From Rhizaria sp. SCN 62-66 (Eukaryota), in contig MEDY01000087.1 of the NCBI GenBank assembly GCA_001724265.1, positions 62,001 to 126,000 on the forward strand: 64,000 nucleotides of DNA. The letters run 5' to 3'. Of this stretch, positions 1-13,700 are shown piece by piece (the first letter of the stretch is position 1; each line of letters begins with the position of its first letter). Under the pieces are notes generated by a model. It did no database searches. It had not been told where the DNA came from and was given only the letters and a program-made list of their open reading frames with translations. Both the position numbers and the translations under genes were made by a program.

Positions 1-39
1 GAGGGCAGGGCCAAGGACGCTCAGGGCAAGGGCGAGTGA
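1..39 (+). CDS. Probable 3' end of a gene running in from the left (...EGRAKDAQGKGE*)
   Basis: GC-rich codon-like sequence ending in TGA at 37-39, then a shift to AT-rich UTR-like sequence. Too short to confirm the frame. Confidence 0.35.
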   Translation, partial: EGRAKDAQGKGE

Positions 40-436
40 GAGCGGTGATAGTCCGTGTTGCGCGTGTGCTGCTAAAACTTGGTGTACTTCTTTATGTATG
101 AGTGAAAAAAGATGGTCACAAGTCAATAAATTCTCCTCTTTTGTTTTAGTGATTTTATAATGTAAAATAAACTTTGTGGGATGTAAGCTAAGTATTTAGT
201 AGCATGTCTCGTATTATTCAGATTTTATAACTCAGGACAAGGGAATGTGTAACATGCGAACAATTAATTTAAATCAACAGAGTATATCATCGAAAAAGAA
301 ATCTTTCACAATCAAAATACGAAATTAGATATATAAAAATATTTTCTATTTCACATATCAGTATCACTAGCAGAACACAAAATTACATCACTGATTTAGG
401 CACATTTTTCTTTTTAACTCTTTAAAAAGGCGTCAC

Positions 437-1687
437 TCACTGCCACGTCGGCCGCTCGACCGCCTTGGCCGCCGCCGCCGTTGTGCCCCCCGCAAGGCCG
501 CCGGTCTTGGAGCCGTTCATAGCGCCCCACGTAGCCCTGGCCTGCGGACTGGGGTCGATAAGCACTTCGAGCGCGACCTTGAGCTGCGCGTCCGAGAGCG
601 AGCCTGACGCGCCCGGTGGGTCACACCAACCGCGCGCGCCGCCGCGCGGGGCCGCGCACTGCGAGGGCAGGTACACACCGCGCAGGGGCGCCAGGTCGAC
701 GGCAACGCGCGACTTCATGTCCTGGAGCGACTCAACGCGTTTGGTCGTGGCGAACGGCACTGGGTGGCGCGCGGGGGCGTCGTGCAGCCACACGCGCCCT
801 CCGTCGCAGCCGGCCGACGCCGCGCCGCTGCCGATGTGACCGTAACTGTAGCCGTGGGGCGGTTGCGTGTGGCTCGCGCCGGGGAACGTGTTGTAGCTCT
901 CGCTGCCGCGCGGCGCGTCCTGCGCTGCCGCACCGTTGACGCCGTTGCTGCTGCGGCGGTGGAAGGCTTGTGAGTAGATGTCGGCGAACACCGAGGACGG
1001 CAGCTCGCGCAGCGCGGCCGCCATAGACCCGCCAGTCACGGCGCCAGCCGCGGCGGCGCGGCCGTGGGGCGCTCGGCCGGACTGGCCGCCCTGCTGCTGC
1101 TGTTGCTGCTGTTGCTGTTGAGTAGCCTTCTCGGCAGCGTGCGCGTGCAACACGGCGGCAAGCTGCCGCGTCACCAGCGCGCGCGCCGTCGCCGCCGCAG
1201 GATCGCTGCCGTTGGCGCCGGCGCTAGCGCTACCTCTGGGGTTCGCAGCAGCCAGCCCTGAGTCTGCGAGGCTCGCGCCGGTGGCCTCAGCGCGCCCCGC
1301 GGCCGCGGTCGCAAACACTGTACTGGCGCCGGGGCCAGTGCCCGGCAGCCGCTGCCGCGCCGCGGCGCGACTCGCGGCCGCTGCGTTGGCCTCCGCGCGC
1401 GCCGCCGCCGGAGCCGCAAGCGACGCGACCGAGGTGACGAGCGCGCCGTCCCCGTCGGCAGCCGCGCGCCGCCGGGCCGCCGTGAGCGCCGCCGTCTGCG
1501 TGCGCGCCGTGGCCTCGAGCGCGCGGACCAGCTGCGCGCGCGCGGCCGAGTGCGCCTCGCGGAGAGACATCTCGCGCAGCGCGGCGGCAAAGCGCGTCTT
1601 GTCCGCAAACGTGGACTCGGAGATGATGTCGTCCACGGCCACGGGCGCCGCGGGGTTCACGAAGCCGGGCGGCGGGGCCGACAGGGA

Positions 1688-1719
<32 letters not shown>

Positions 1720-4100
1720 GCGAGACGGCGCCGCCCGACGGAAGCATCGCCGTCGCCGTGGGCGTCCCGCTGAGCGCGGAAGACGCCGCGTTGGAAGGGC
1801 TGGCCGTCGCGGTCGACGTGAGCGACGACGACTCTCTGATTGCGTGCTTGGTCGGCAGCAGCCTGCGTGCGCGCGCGGCGGCGACGGTGAGCGGGAGGTC
1901 GGCCTCAGCGACCGCGGCAGCCGCGGCGGAGGCGCTGGCGGAGCCCCCCGCGAGTGCGGCCCACATGGCGGCCTCGCGGGCGGGTGTGAGCACGCCTGTC
2001 GCAACCGTGGGCGTGCCCGCAGCCCCGGGGGCGCCCAGCGAGGCGAACATGAGCAGGCCCGAGCCGGGCGGCGTCGCAGTCAGCAGCGGGCTCGCGGCGG
2101 CCGCGACGGCGATGGCGCTCGTCGACGCTGAGGACGACAAGGTGCTACTATTGCCCCGGCCGTGGCCATGGCCGTGCTGGGGGTGCGACGACGGCGAGTG
2201 GCCGCGGTGCATGCGGTTCACACTGTTGGGCCGCGGCGGGTGCAGATGGTGGCCGCCGGCGCCGGAGCCAGCACCAACGCCGACGACACCGCTCCCGGAG
2301 CCAGGGGCCCCGGTGCCAGTCGCGGCTGCGGCGGCCGCGGCGGCAACAGCGGCTGCGGCGGCGGAGGCCGTCGCGGTCGCCGCAGTCGTGCTGCTGTTGT
2401 TGTTGGCCGCCGCGGCCGCAGCGGATGCCGACTCGTAGCGCGAGAGCAGCAGCGGCGAGTCCGAGCCCATGATGTCTGTGCGCGACGAAAGGCGGCTCGA
2501 GGACCGCGAGAGGGACCGCTTGTCATGCAGGATCGCCAACAGGTCCCCGCCGTTGTTCGCGGGCGTCGCGGCAACGGGCGTGTTGCCGCTGCCGCCGCTG
2601 TTGCTGCGGAGAAGCGCGGGGCCGCTGAGGCCGCCGAGGTGGGGACTGTGAGCGGGGTTCGCGCCAGCGCCCGCACTCGCGCTGGAGCTGGAGCTGGAGC
2701 TGGCACTGGGGGTCAGGAGGTGGTACTGCGACGGCGGTAGGGGCGTCAGATGGCTAAGGCCGTGGGTACTGTTGTGGGGACCGTGGGCAGTGGAATCGTA
2801 CGAAAACGAGTCAGAGTCGCCGAACACATGACCCTGCTGCTGTAACTGATTATGATGCTGCTGGGAAAACTCGTTGAGAACAAAGCCGCCCTGCGCCGCC
2901 GCAGCCGCGCCCGCGGCGCTGAGCGTGCCGGTGCTGTTAAAGTTGCCGCCACTTGCGCTCGCGGTGGCCAGCGTGGCAACGGGGACGCGCGGCGTGAGCG
3001 CGAGCGAGTGCGTGAGCGACGCCGGCGACGGGAGCAGTGCGCGCAGCGGCGGCGGCAGGATGATCGACGGCTGCAACACGCTTCCATGGGCGTGGGCGTG
3101 CGCGTGTGTGTGCGCGTGTGCGTCGCCGCCGACGCCGTAGGACTGCTGCTGGTGGGCGGCCGCGGCGGCGACGGCGGCGGCGGAGGGCTGCGCCGAGCTC
3201 GTGTGGCTGTGGTTGAGTTTGTGGTGCTGTGGTCTCCGCGCCCGTGGCGCCAGCCCCAGGGACGCCACGGGCGCCGCGGCGACCGCGCTGGCCAGAGTCG
3301 AAATAACCTTGACGCGCTGCGCGGTGCGGTAGGCGTCGAGACGGGCGTGCATGAGCGCTTTGTACTCCTCGGAGATGCTGGGGTCGGAGAGCTCCTGCAA
3401 ACAAGAGATCACGTAGTCGTCACGCTCCTCGCCGGCGTGCAGCGAGTCCGCGTCGTCGTCGCCACCGACGGGGAATGCGCGGGACGGAGAAGAGGCCGTG
3501 AGCGCGGGGCTAGGCATCATGGCGGGAGACGGGATGGGGGCGCGCGCGCGGGACACGGACGGGAAGGCGTCGTAGTCCTCTTGGTCCTCCTATGGGGGTA
3601 CAGTGAAAAGCATGGGATTTTCCGTTAAAGATGGAAGAAATTAGCATGAAGTCAATAATATCACAGCCAACGCGGGAACAATGAGTGATATAAGATGATA
3701 ATGTCCTTGGTGCATTGAATTTGTTGCGATGCAAGGTGTTTTGATAAGTTGTTTTAAGACGAACCTGGTAGGGCGACGGGGAATATGACAGAGAGGGTGT
3801 ATGCCCTGAGGAGGACGACGTTGAAGGCACAGTCGGAAATGGAGCTAAAAGGGATGTCCTTGAGTGCGGCGCCAATGTCGCAGAGCGTGAAAATGCAGTG
3901 GACGCGGATGAAACGAGCGGCTGCGTCGCGCTGGGCTTGCCTCGCCACGTGTCTCCAGCAGAGAAACTGGGGGCCTCATACAGCGCCACGAAGGGCACGT
4001 TGACATGCCTAGGCGCGGTGACAGAGCGCTTCGACGGGACTGAACCCGTTGATGCCGCGAAGTCACGGGATCCCGCATGTGCGGGAGCGCGCGAGGACAT
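437..4100 (-). CDS. Uncharacterised Ala/Gly/Ser/His-rich low-complexity protein, ~1162 aa, 2 exons (4100-3765, 3589-437)
   Basis: ATG at 4100. The donor CAG|GTTCGT at 3764 and acceptor CCCCATAG|GAG at 3590 give a 175-nt phase-0 intron joining ORF 3510..4100 to the 1039-aa ORF. Stop is TGA. No domain recognised. Confidence 0.75.
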
Positions 4101-4492
4101 GACAGAGCGAGGCGAGCGGTTTCTTGTGCTTGGTGTGGTGCTCCTGGGTAGAAAGGTTTAAGGCGGACTAGAAGATATTTCCAAGACAGAAAAACAAATC
4201 AGAGTAGGAATCAACTATGTAGTATATATTGGTTGCAAAAACTGTCAATTTGACGATCAAATACGAGCTGCAGAACGCTTTGAAGTTGGTGTCACTCGCG
4301 CCCTTTCGACAGCAACCTTTCGCCCCCGATTCAGCACAGCCCTCGCAGAGGCTAATAATCAAGTCCAAACCATTGTATCAAAGACTATGACTAGATAACT
4401 TAAAACTAAAGTAAACAATACATAAGCGTATGTGTCATGTCATGTCAGCACTTCTCACTTGAACATGTCGATACTCTTGTGTAATCGCGTAT

Positions 4493-5939
4493 TTACCGCA
4501 TCTGCGCACTCGAAGTTAACCCTCCCCTAGTAGGCTCAGCCACTGCACCCTGTGCCACAGCGGCGTTGCCAAACGCCCGGGCCGGCACAGTCGTGCCAAA
4601 CAAACACTCCGACACGCGACTATACGCTTCGCTGATGTCGATCTCAATGTACTCGCTCTCGTCGACTACGTCAACTGCAGCAATGTTGCCGTCGTTGTAG
4701 CTGTCGACATAGCTGCCGACAGCCACGGCAGCCGCGTGAGCCGAGTGGCTGTTGTTGTGAGCAGACAACACAACGTCGCCATCAGCGTCACCCGCAGCCG
4801 CGCCGCGGCCGCGCTTTGGCGCGGGGTCGTCGCAGCTGTCATCCGCAACCACAGTAATCAAGTCAGCGATCGCCACTGAGGACAGCGACGCGCGGCCCTT
4901 GTTCACGCGACTGGGGGTCGCGGCAGTAGCGGAGTGGCCGTGCGCGGGCAGAGACTGGCGGTCAGCGGCGCGGCGACTCGAACCGCGCGTGCTGCGACCG
5001 TGGGCAGCGCTGGCACGGCGGGCAGCAGCGGACTTGGCCTCATCCTCACTCTCACTCTCACTCGCACGGGCACTGGCGTCGTCAGGATGCTCGTAGCCGC
5101 CGCTGTTAACTCGGTGCCCGCTAGCGTCCATGTTAACGTTGTTGTGGTGGTGATGGCGGTGAGTGAGAGCAGCGTCGCCCGCAATGCTGGCGCTCGCGAC
5201 TGAGCCGGCCACGGTCGTTGTTGCGACAGACTGCTGGTGGCTGCTACTACTGCTTGTGGGATGCTGGTGTAAGCCAGGCACTGCAAGCGCGGCGCCAACA
5301 GAAAATCCAACGTGTGCGTGCTTCGGCAGCTGCAGTGGGCGCGCAGCCGGCGCGAGCGCCCGCCCCTGCACGCCGTGTGCGCCGTGGCCGTGCGCGGGCG
5401 AGTGGCCGTGGGCAGCGGAGCTTGCAGAGGCCGGCGAGAACGACAAGTGCGCCTGCACGCGCTGCTTATCCGGTGGGTAGTAGTTCTCCTCGTCAGCATG
5501 ATGTTGATGCATCGCGGCACCCGCGGTCGGGTGCGATGGCGACGCAGCAGCAGCGAAGCCGGCGAGCGTGGTATCTGTGGGTGCAATCATAGGGGAGCCA
5601 GGGGCCCCGATGCTCTGTGACGCGTAGCTCGCCCCAGGCGCAAAGTGCGCCTGCGGCGGGGCACCTGAGGGGAGGAGGTACTGCGGAGAGCCCATGCGGC
5701 GGCGGTAGGTAGCCAGCATCGACGCGTAGACGGTGGCAGACGCTGAGGATGCGAAGCGCGGTGGAGACACAGCTGGCGCCCCCGCAGACATCTGGAATGA
5801 AATCAAGCGCAAGAGAGATACAAACACAATAAGCCATTGTGTTATCCAATATGCTAGTACATATTTAAATTTTATATGCATCTGGTGAACGTACACTGTC
5901 CTGGGTGTGGTGGTGTGTGGAGGAGCGGAATGAGTGCAT
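4493..5939 (-). CDS. Uncharacterised Ala/Ser/His-rich protein, ~447 aa, 2 exons (5939-5895, 5791-4493)
   Basis: Exon 1 encodes MHSFRSSTHHHTQDS, followed by a GTACGT donor at 5894 and an AT-rich 103-nt intron ending TTCCAG| just before ATG TCT GCG. Stop is TAA. Confidence 0.7.
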
Positions 5940-6247
5940 TCCTGTCTGCGAACGGAGGGTTATAACATTATGGAAGTTGCATGTGAGAGAAAAATAAGTA
6001 TATCTGCAATCGAAAAAGTACGTGGCCAATTCGTGCATTCATATTCAATTCAAAGTCGCGGAGCTGTATCTCACACAAAACTGTTTTTGTATCGAGTTCC
6101 CAACAACAACTGACAGCGTCCTGATTTTTGCGAACCGTGTCGCGAGCGTGGTGCGATGGAGGCGGCGGGCCCCCTTTAACCACCAGAGGATGAGCAGAGA
6201 TCCAAAAGAGAGAGCTGCAGAAGCTGTTATAGCTCGTAGAGGTTTAA

Positions 6248-7283
6248 ATGAGTAATCCCAATGATGCCGCGGACTGCGTTATGGTACGTTACTTTATCAG
6301 CTCTGTTTGACGCTGCTGTCGCCAGATTCACTCTCTTTATTTCTGCATACTAGATGAACAGTAGAGTTAGTGGTCTTTGCTTATCCACGCTGATTTTCTT
6401 CCCTGCAACGTCCGTCGTTTGCGCATTAGTACTGGATTTCTACATACCACTTATCTTGTGTGCTCGCTGTCTTCGTTTTTCTCTTTTTCATCCTCTCCTT
6501 CGTTCCCTGCACGCGCCTTTCCAACTCGCTCTCATCACCTTCTCATCTTACCACGTCGCCGCGCTCTCTCTCCTCACGCTCAGGCCGTGATGGGGAGCGG
6601 TGGTGTCGGCAAGAGTGCCCTGACACTCCGCCTTGTCACGGACAACTTTACCCCCGGCCACGAGCCCACGATCGAGGACACGTACCGCATGGCCCTCAAC
6701 GTCGACGGCAAGACCTCGAACCTCGACATCCTCGACACGGCCGGCCAGGACCAGTTCAACGCCATGCAGGACCAGTGGATCCGCTCCGCGCACGGCTTCC
6801 TTCTCGTCTACTCGATCGACTCGCAGGCCTCGTTCAACGAGCTCAAGGCTATGTACGAGAAGATTCTTCGCGTCAAGGAGGTGCGCACCGGCGCTCCCGT
6901 GTACGTTTTAATCCACACAAACCACACACATATTGTTTTAGCTCGTGTATCACAAGCCTCTTCATACGTATCGAACTAACATCTCACCATAAGTTTTTCT
7001 TTTTTTTGTTGATGTTGTTCCGATCGTCGTTATTTTACTTCGTTTTGCTTCGCTGTGCAGTGTCCTCGTCGGCAACAAGTGCGACCTGACCGACAATCGC
7101 GCCGTGTCGGCCGAGTCCGGCGCCGCGCTAGCCGCCGAGTGGGGCTGCAAGTTCTACGAGACCTCCGCCAAAGACAAGATCAATAATGTTGTGTGTTTCT
7201 ACGACGTTGTGCGTGCTGCGCGCAACCGCGACGGCCCCAAGGAGACCAAACCTAAGCGCAAGGGCAAGTGCACCATCCTTTAA
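6248..7283 (+). CDS. Ras-family small GTPase (Ras/Rap-like), 191 aa, 3 exons (6248-6283, 6584-6900, 7061-7283)
   Basis: The spliced product has G1 GSGGVGKS, effector PTIEDTY, G3 DTAGQ, G4 NKCD, G5 ETSAK, a polybasic tail and CAAX CTIL. Both introns have GTACGT donors and CAG acceptors. Stop is TAA. Confidence 0.95.
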
Positions 7284-8390
7284 GTCTCACACACACGCAC
7301 AACTCTTCACCGCAGCACACGATTCGCATCTTAGCCATTCGTACATGTCAAGTTGTGTTGCCGCCCTGCTGTGCGAGAAACTCCACAATGTCTGTCAGTA
7401 TGCACTGAAGCTCTTCGATACGACCTGCTGATGCGGCGTAGTAAGAAGGAGCGATATTGGGCATACTTGACTGTGACTGAACAGCTTGTAGCAGCACTGT
7501 AACACAAGCAGTTGCACACACATGTACTCGGTTTACGTTATGTTGTCTGTCTTTTAAGCGCTGTTTGATATTAGAAACTCATGTACACACACACACCACA
7601 CATAGTACAGTACAGTGCTTGTTTGTTGCAATCCCGTGTATGACAACGAGTGCAAATTAAGTGTAGTTCGACTTCTGTAGCAGCTATCTCTCAACGCACA
7701 CTTGTCAAATCTCTCATCTGTTTCGATTCATGGTCTCATCACATCAAGCTTTTTGTTTTCACCTTTTAATGTTTTTAGTCGTTCACCTACTTTGTTTGTT
7801 TTGTTCTTTTGCAAAATTATTTTATTTCATCCACTCATTTCGAGCCATGTCTTCCGTGCTTTTGTTTTTCTTTGTGTCCCGTCTTTTTTTCGTGTGATCG
7901 CCGCGATTCCAAATTCTGTATTTCTTTCTCTGTCTATCTTAGTCCTCCATGTCTTTCACCCGTTGACGTTACCATACGTCGAACGCTCATTTGTTTAGTC
8001 ATCACATTGATCAGTCTGGCCTTACTTTATCTCTACATTATAACTTCACGAACTACATGTGCGACATTGTTTTCTGACAACAGTATGCGGACTTGCAATA
8101 TCGCGGGTGCCTGTATGTTGTTGGTTGCTCTGAGTGTGCAATCCCGTGTTCACAGTTCAGCTGTCTTTGCTTTTGTGTACGTTGTAATTGGATTGGATGG
8201 GCACTGGTTGTGCGTCGCTTCACGTGTTGTTTTATTGTTACAATGTACTGTACACTAATAAATTCGTGTTCTTCACGCCTCAAATAAAGCGCACACTTCT
8301 AGACATATCTCGAGAGATGAATTTGTTGTGTATGTATTGCTTGTTTCTAAAATAACATAATTAATGTGTTGAACATGATGACATGATTGA

Positions 8391-10722
8391 TTACAGATCA
8401 ACCCCGTTTCTCCTGACCATGATGTGCATATCCTCCTTGGGCACATTCTTGATGATCTCCATCAGCTTCGCCGCATGCCGCGGGCCCACCAGTTCCTCCG
8501 CGTCAGCCAGGTCCAGCGCCGCGAGGTCTTCGCGCGTAAACCCGCGCAGCCCGGCGCACGCGGCCGCGGGCAAGCCCTGCGATAGCAGCCAGCGGCCGCC
8601 CTCGTCCAGGTTCGCCGCGGCCGCCGCGGGGCTCAGCGGCCGGTGCGGCGCCGTGATCACCACCAGCTGCGGGGCCGCCGCGGCGACGGGCGTCGGCGCA
8701 GCCCCAGTCCCCGTCGCGCTCGCCGCAACTGCACTTGAGTCTGCGTTGTTGTGGGACCTGGGACGGGGGCCCGGGCTAGTGCTGGGGCTGAGGGGCGGCG
8801 ACTGCGCGTGCTGGCCGAGCCCCGCGCTCGTGGCGTGGCTGGGAGCCCGGCTGTGCGCGCTCGAGTGGCTATGGGACGGGCGCTGGTGCGGAATGGGGCT
8901 CGGGCTCGCGCTGGGACTACGCGCACTGCTACTACCGTTGCCGTGATTGATAGTCGAGTTGAAGCTCGTAATAGCACCAGGCAGCAGACTGTGAGCAGCA
9001 GGAGCGGCAGTAGCTTTGTTAACGCTGGTATCAGCAATCACAGGCTCGTTCGCTCCAACCTCCGTCTTGGCCTCAGACTCGGCCTCGGTCTCAGTCTCGG
9101 AGACGGCAATAGCCTTGACCACAGTCGCAAGCACCGAGGCAGCTTCGATCGCTTCCTTGGACGGCTTATCGACGTTCACTGTTGAGACCGGACTCGGCTG
9201 CGCTGGGGCAGCAACATCAACGACAACGGGCACTGCAGCCGCGGCAACGCTTGTACCAAGCACGGGTCCGGTGACGGGTGTGCCCGGCGCAGTAGCCGCG
9301 GCCACGGGCGGCGTCGGCGCCGCCGCAGCCTTGGCCGCAATGGGCGCGATGTCATCAGCGATGTCGGCCTCCTGCCAGTGGTTCGGCAGAGCGGCGAGCT
9401 GGCGGAGTTTCTCCTCCCAGTCCTCCCCCACAGTCACCTTCGTCACGGTCATGTGGAGGGCATGGCCGCTAACAACAGCATTGTTGTTGTTGCTGCTGTT
9501 CGGCTTCATGTAGGCGTTGGGGTTCGGTTGAACTGAGTTGTTGATGTAGTTGTTGTAGATGTTGTAGGGCGCAGCGTTAGCAGCGCTCATGTTTGAACCA
9601 GCCTTGTTGGTGGTTGCTGCGGTGCTGACACTGGCTGCAGAGTTCTTGACGGCGCCAGCTGCGGCGTTCGCAGCTCCAGGTGCATGAGGAGCATTACGCA
9701 CAGTACTGCTGCCGATTGGCACTGACGCGACGGCAGCGAGTTGAGCCACCGGGGCCGCGGAGACTGAGCGCGCGGTGACCGTGGGCGCATGTTGAGCAAC
9801 AGGCAGCGACACGGGGAGTGCGACAGGGGAGGGAAGCTTGGGCATGACGTCGTGCAAGGGCGACGTCGCAGGCAGCTGTGCGGACTCGGCGACGTGAATC
9901 GATGCAACGACTGGCAGATTCGCTGGAGAATGGCTTTGAGCAGCACTGCCGCTCTTGCCCACAGGAACACCGTCTTCCTCCTCTTCCTCTTCGCCATCGT
10001 TGGTGTCAAACGGGTTCATGCCCTTCGCAGAAGTAGCAGCTGCTGCGGGTGTGAAGTCGTCATCAAACGGGTTCGTCGTAGCCACTTTATGCTTGCCAGT
10101 CTTGTTGTCAGCGGCATCGTCGTCAAACGGATTCGTGCCGCGCTTGCTGCCATTCGCACCATAAATACTAACACCGGTCGCGTCGTCGTCGAACGGGTTC
10201 TTGTTGTTGCTCGCAGCAGCTACATCCTCGTCAAATGGATTCGTTGAATGCCTGTGTCCGACATTCTTAACACCAGAGCTCCTGCTATTATTCACGGGAT
10301 TTGCAATGTTGCCGCTGCTAGACTGCTTCTGGCGCGCAATCCACGCCAGCTCCTCAGCCATGGCTCTGCCCCGAGCATCGGCGCGCGCGCGCTCAGCTAT
10401 ATTCGCGCCGACGGCCACGGTGCCCACGGTCTTCGCGGCGGCGCTGCTGCTGGTCGGCTTCGAGACCGCGCGCGCGTTGTTGGTGCTGGCGTGGTTCGCG
10501 GCGAGGTTGAGGCTGCCACGAGGCGTGTTTGTAGCGCTGGTGTTCATGCCGCTGTCGCCGATGTGCGTGCGCAACAGGGCGGCGTAGAGCTCGGCGACAC
10601 GACCGGCGCCGATGACGGTGTCGTAGCTGGGGCGAGACGAGTTGAGCTTCAAGGGCCCTGTGCCGACAGTGGGCGTCAGCGCCGGCGACGACGAAGGCAC
10701 GCCGCCTCCACCCCGTTGGAGT

Positions 10723-10758
<36 letters not shown>

Positions 10759-13700
10759 GCGCGCTGCTTCTGCCGCTGGTGTTGCTGCTGTTGCTGCTGC
10801 AGCAGCAGGCTCGCGGCCGTCGGCGACTGCAGTGCGGACACCGGGCCCGTGGCCGGACTCGGCCTCGCCGTCCCGCCCCTGCTGCCGCCCCCGCCGCCGC
10901 TGGCACTGCCGCTTGCGCCCGCGTTAGTCCCTGTGCCGCTGTAGACGCTGGCGCTCGCGGCCGCCGTGCCGATGCTGCTGCGGCGCCGGTGATTGCGGAG
11001 GCTCTCAAGCGCGGCCGCGGTCGGCGGCGGCAGCGACATACCGGCGGCGGCCGCGGTGGCGGCGACGAGCGTGCTCGCGTCGAGCGCGCCGCTGTGTCCG
11101 TGGCCGTGGCCGTCGCGGGGGCGCGCGGCGCTGGCCGCGGTCGGCGTGGGCGCGTTGCTCGCGCTGGCGCTGCTTGCGGCGCCCGCGAACGGCGCAGGGA
11201 CTGGCGAAAGCAGCGAAGTCGTGACGCCGAGGGTGCTCGCGCTGCCCTGCCGGCGGTGTGCCGCGGCGGCGTGCGCGGCGGCGGCGGCGCTGCTCAGGCT
11301 GGGGCGTGGGCCACCCGCGGCGCCGTGGCCGCCGACGTAGGGGGACGACGGGGACGGAGCGCGGTACTGCTGCTGTTGCTGTTGTTGAGGGAGGAACGGG
11401 GAGCTGTACGGGGACGGCAGCGCAGCGACGAGCTGCTCCACCGTGAGCGTGCCTGCGCCGCCCGAGGGCACGGCGAGACCGGCGCCCGCGCCAGCGGCGG
11501 CGGCGGCCGACGAAGGCGGGAGAGAGAGGGGAGCCAGCCGCTGTGAGCCGGGCTGTGACTGCGTCGGCAGGGAAGACGACTCAAACGGCTGCTGCTGCTC
11601 GTGGACAGATTGCTGCGACTGCTGTGGCTCTGGTGACGGCGAGAAGAACCGACTCACCGTGTCAACAAGGCCCCCGAACAGCGAGTTGTCGTCCTTCTTG
11701 CCCTTCTGCGGCGTGCCTGGAGCCGCGCTGACGCTGCTGCTGTCGGGGATTGCGCCAAGCCTACCGAGCCCAGAGCGCATTGCGGGCGACGAGATGGGCG
11801 GCGACAGCGGGCTCGGAAGGACGCCGAGGAGGCGCGGGCCGGTCGCGGCGGACGCGCTACCTGCGGCCAGCACACCCGACCCTGTCTTGGAGCCGCCCGC
11901 GCTGGCGGCCGCGTCGGCGGGGAGGCCGTGCGTCTGCCGGTACTTCTTCACCGCGGCGGTGACGACCGCGCTCACGGCCGACTCCGCCGCGGCCCCCGCC
12001 TCGGCCTCGACCTTAAGCACCGCGGCGCGCTCGCTCGCCACAGCCAGCACGGCGCGCGTCGCCGCCGCCACCGGCATGAACACCGGCGCGGCCTGGCTCT
12101 GAGCGCCGGCGGCCTCGCGCCTCAGCAGCGCGGTGACAGCGGCGGCCGCGGCCTCTGCGGCGGCCTCGGCCTCGGCGACGGCGGCGGGCGCGGCCGTCTT
12201 GCTGACCGCTAGCGCAGCCGCCGCGTCCGTTGCCGCGTCCGCGAGCGCGACGCGGTAGCGCAGCTCGGCCTCAAGCGCCAGCGGCAGTGCGGGGTGCGTC
12301 ACGGGCGTCGCGCGCGCGCCGCGGGGCGCGGCGAGGAGGTTATGCGCAGCCGCGGCGCTGGGCCCCGCGGCGTGGGCGGGCGCGGCCACGCGGCAGCCAT
12401 CGTACTCCTCCTCGCTGTCGTCTGAGATCGCGTCGATGTCGACGTCGTCGGAGTCGTTGTCCTTGGCGTCGTCGGAAGCGATACCGTTGACACCTTGTTC
12501 GAGGCGCTTCACGGCAGCCGCAACGTCGCGCCGCTGCTTGCGCTCCCACCGCAGCCGCAGCCTCTGCGCGCGCGCGAAGGCCTTCTCGTGCAGCGCCGCG
12601 ATGGCCCTGCGCGCCGAGGCCACGGTCTCGGCCACGGCGGCGGAGCGCGCGCGGATGGCGGCAACCGCGGGGTCCGACCCGGGGGCCGCGGCCTCTCTCA
12701 CGGTCGTGGTCACCGCCACCGCGTTGGGCTTCGTAGTATCGGCATTGCAGTCACTGGCGCTGCTGCTCTTGCACTCTGTCGCGGCGGCGGAGGTTACGGA
12801 GATGGTCGCGAGCGCGAGCGCAGGCGCGGCAACGGCCGAGCTGGCGCCTCTGCTGCCTGCCCGCGCCGCGCCGGCCGCTGCGGCCTCGGCAGCCGCAAGC
12901 GGGGCGTACGTCGGCCGCGCCACAAACGCAGCCACCGCGCCGCCGCCGGCGGTCGAGACGAGCTCGGTGCTGCCGCCGGTGCTTACGGTCAGCGTCTTAG
13001 TGTCGCCGAGGTACCGGTACGAGAACGCCGGCAGAGACTCACTCGGCAACTGTGCCTGGGACTGAGAATGAGTCTGCGGCTGATGTAAGTACCCCACTGT
13101 TGACGAGGGACTTAAACTGCCGTGGTAAAGCCCCCATGTCGCCAGCCCCAGCACATGCGGCGGCAGCGCGAGTTCCATGGCGAACGCCTGCCGGACCCCG
13201 GCGACGGCGCCCGCGGCGATTGCTCGCGCCAGCGCAAGCCTGCGGCGCACGCCAGCGGCCAGCGCCGTGGCGAGCGCGCCGTCGGGGGTCTCGAATGCGG
13301 TGACCACGGCGCCCGTCGCGTCGGGGATGTCCACGCGCGCGCCTGCGGCAATAAGCAGCGTCGCGACAGAGGGCTTGTGGTACTTGCACGCGAGGAAGAG
13401 CGGCGTGCGCAGCGACAGAGAGAGCGCGTCGACGTCGGCACCCAGCGCGATGAGGTACTTGCACAGCGCAGCGCGGCCATATACGGCGGCCAGGTGCAGC
13501 GGGCGCTCGCCGGCGTCGTTGGCGAGGTTCGCGTCGGCGTGGCCGCGCTCGACGAGCAGGCGCGCGCACACGGGCTGGGGCGCCAGCACAGCGAGCGAGA
13601 GCGCCGAGTGCTGCGAGGGCAGCGCGTAGCACGGGTGCGGGCCGTGCGCGGGCGGCAGCGGCAGCGGCGCGCCCGTGGACGCGTGCAGCGGGCGCGGGCC

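Noticed and set aside
7284-8390. Short hydrophobic ORFs downstream of Ras (similar ones at 38450-40100)
   Set aside because: T-rich UTR or intergenic sequence without the coding codon bias seen in real genes.
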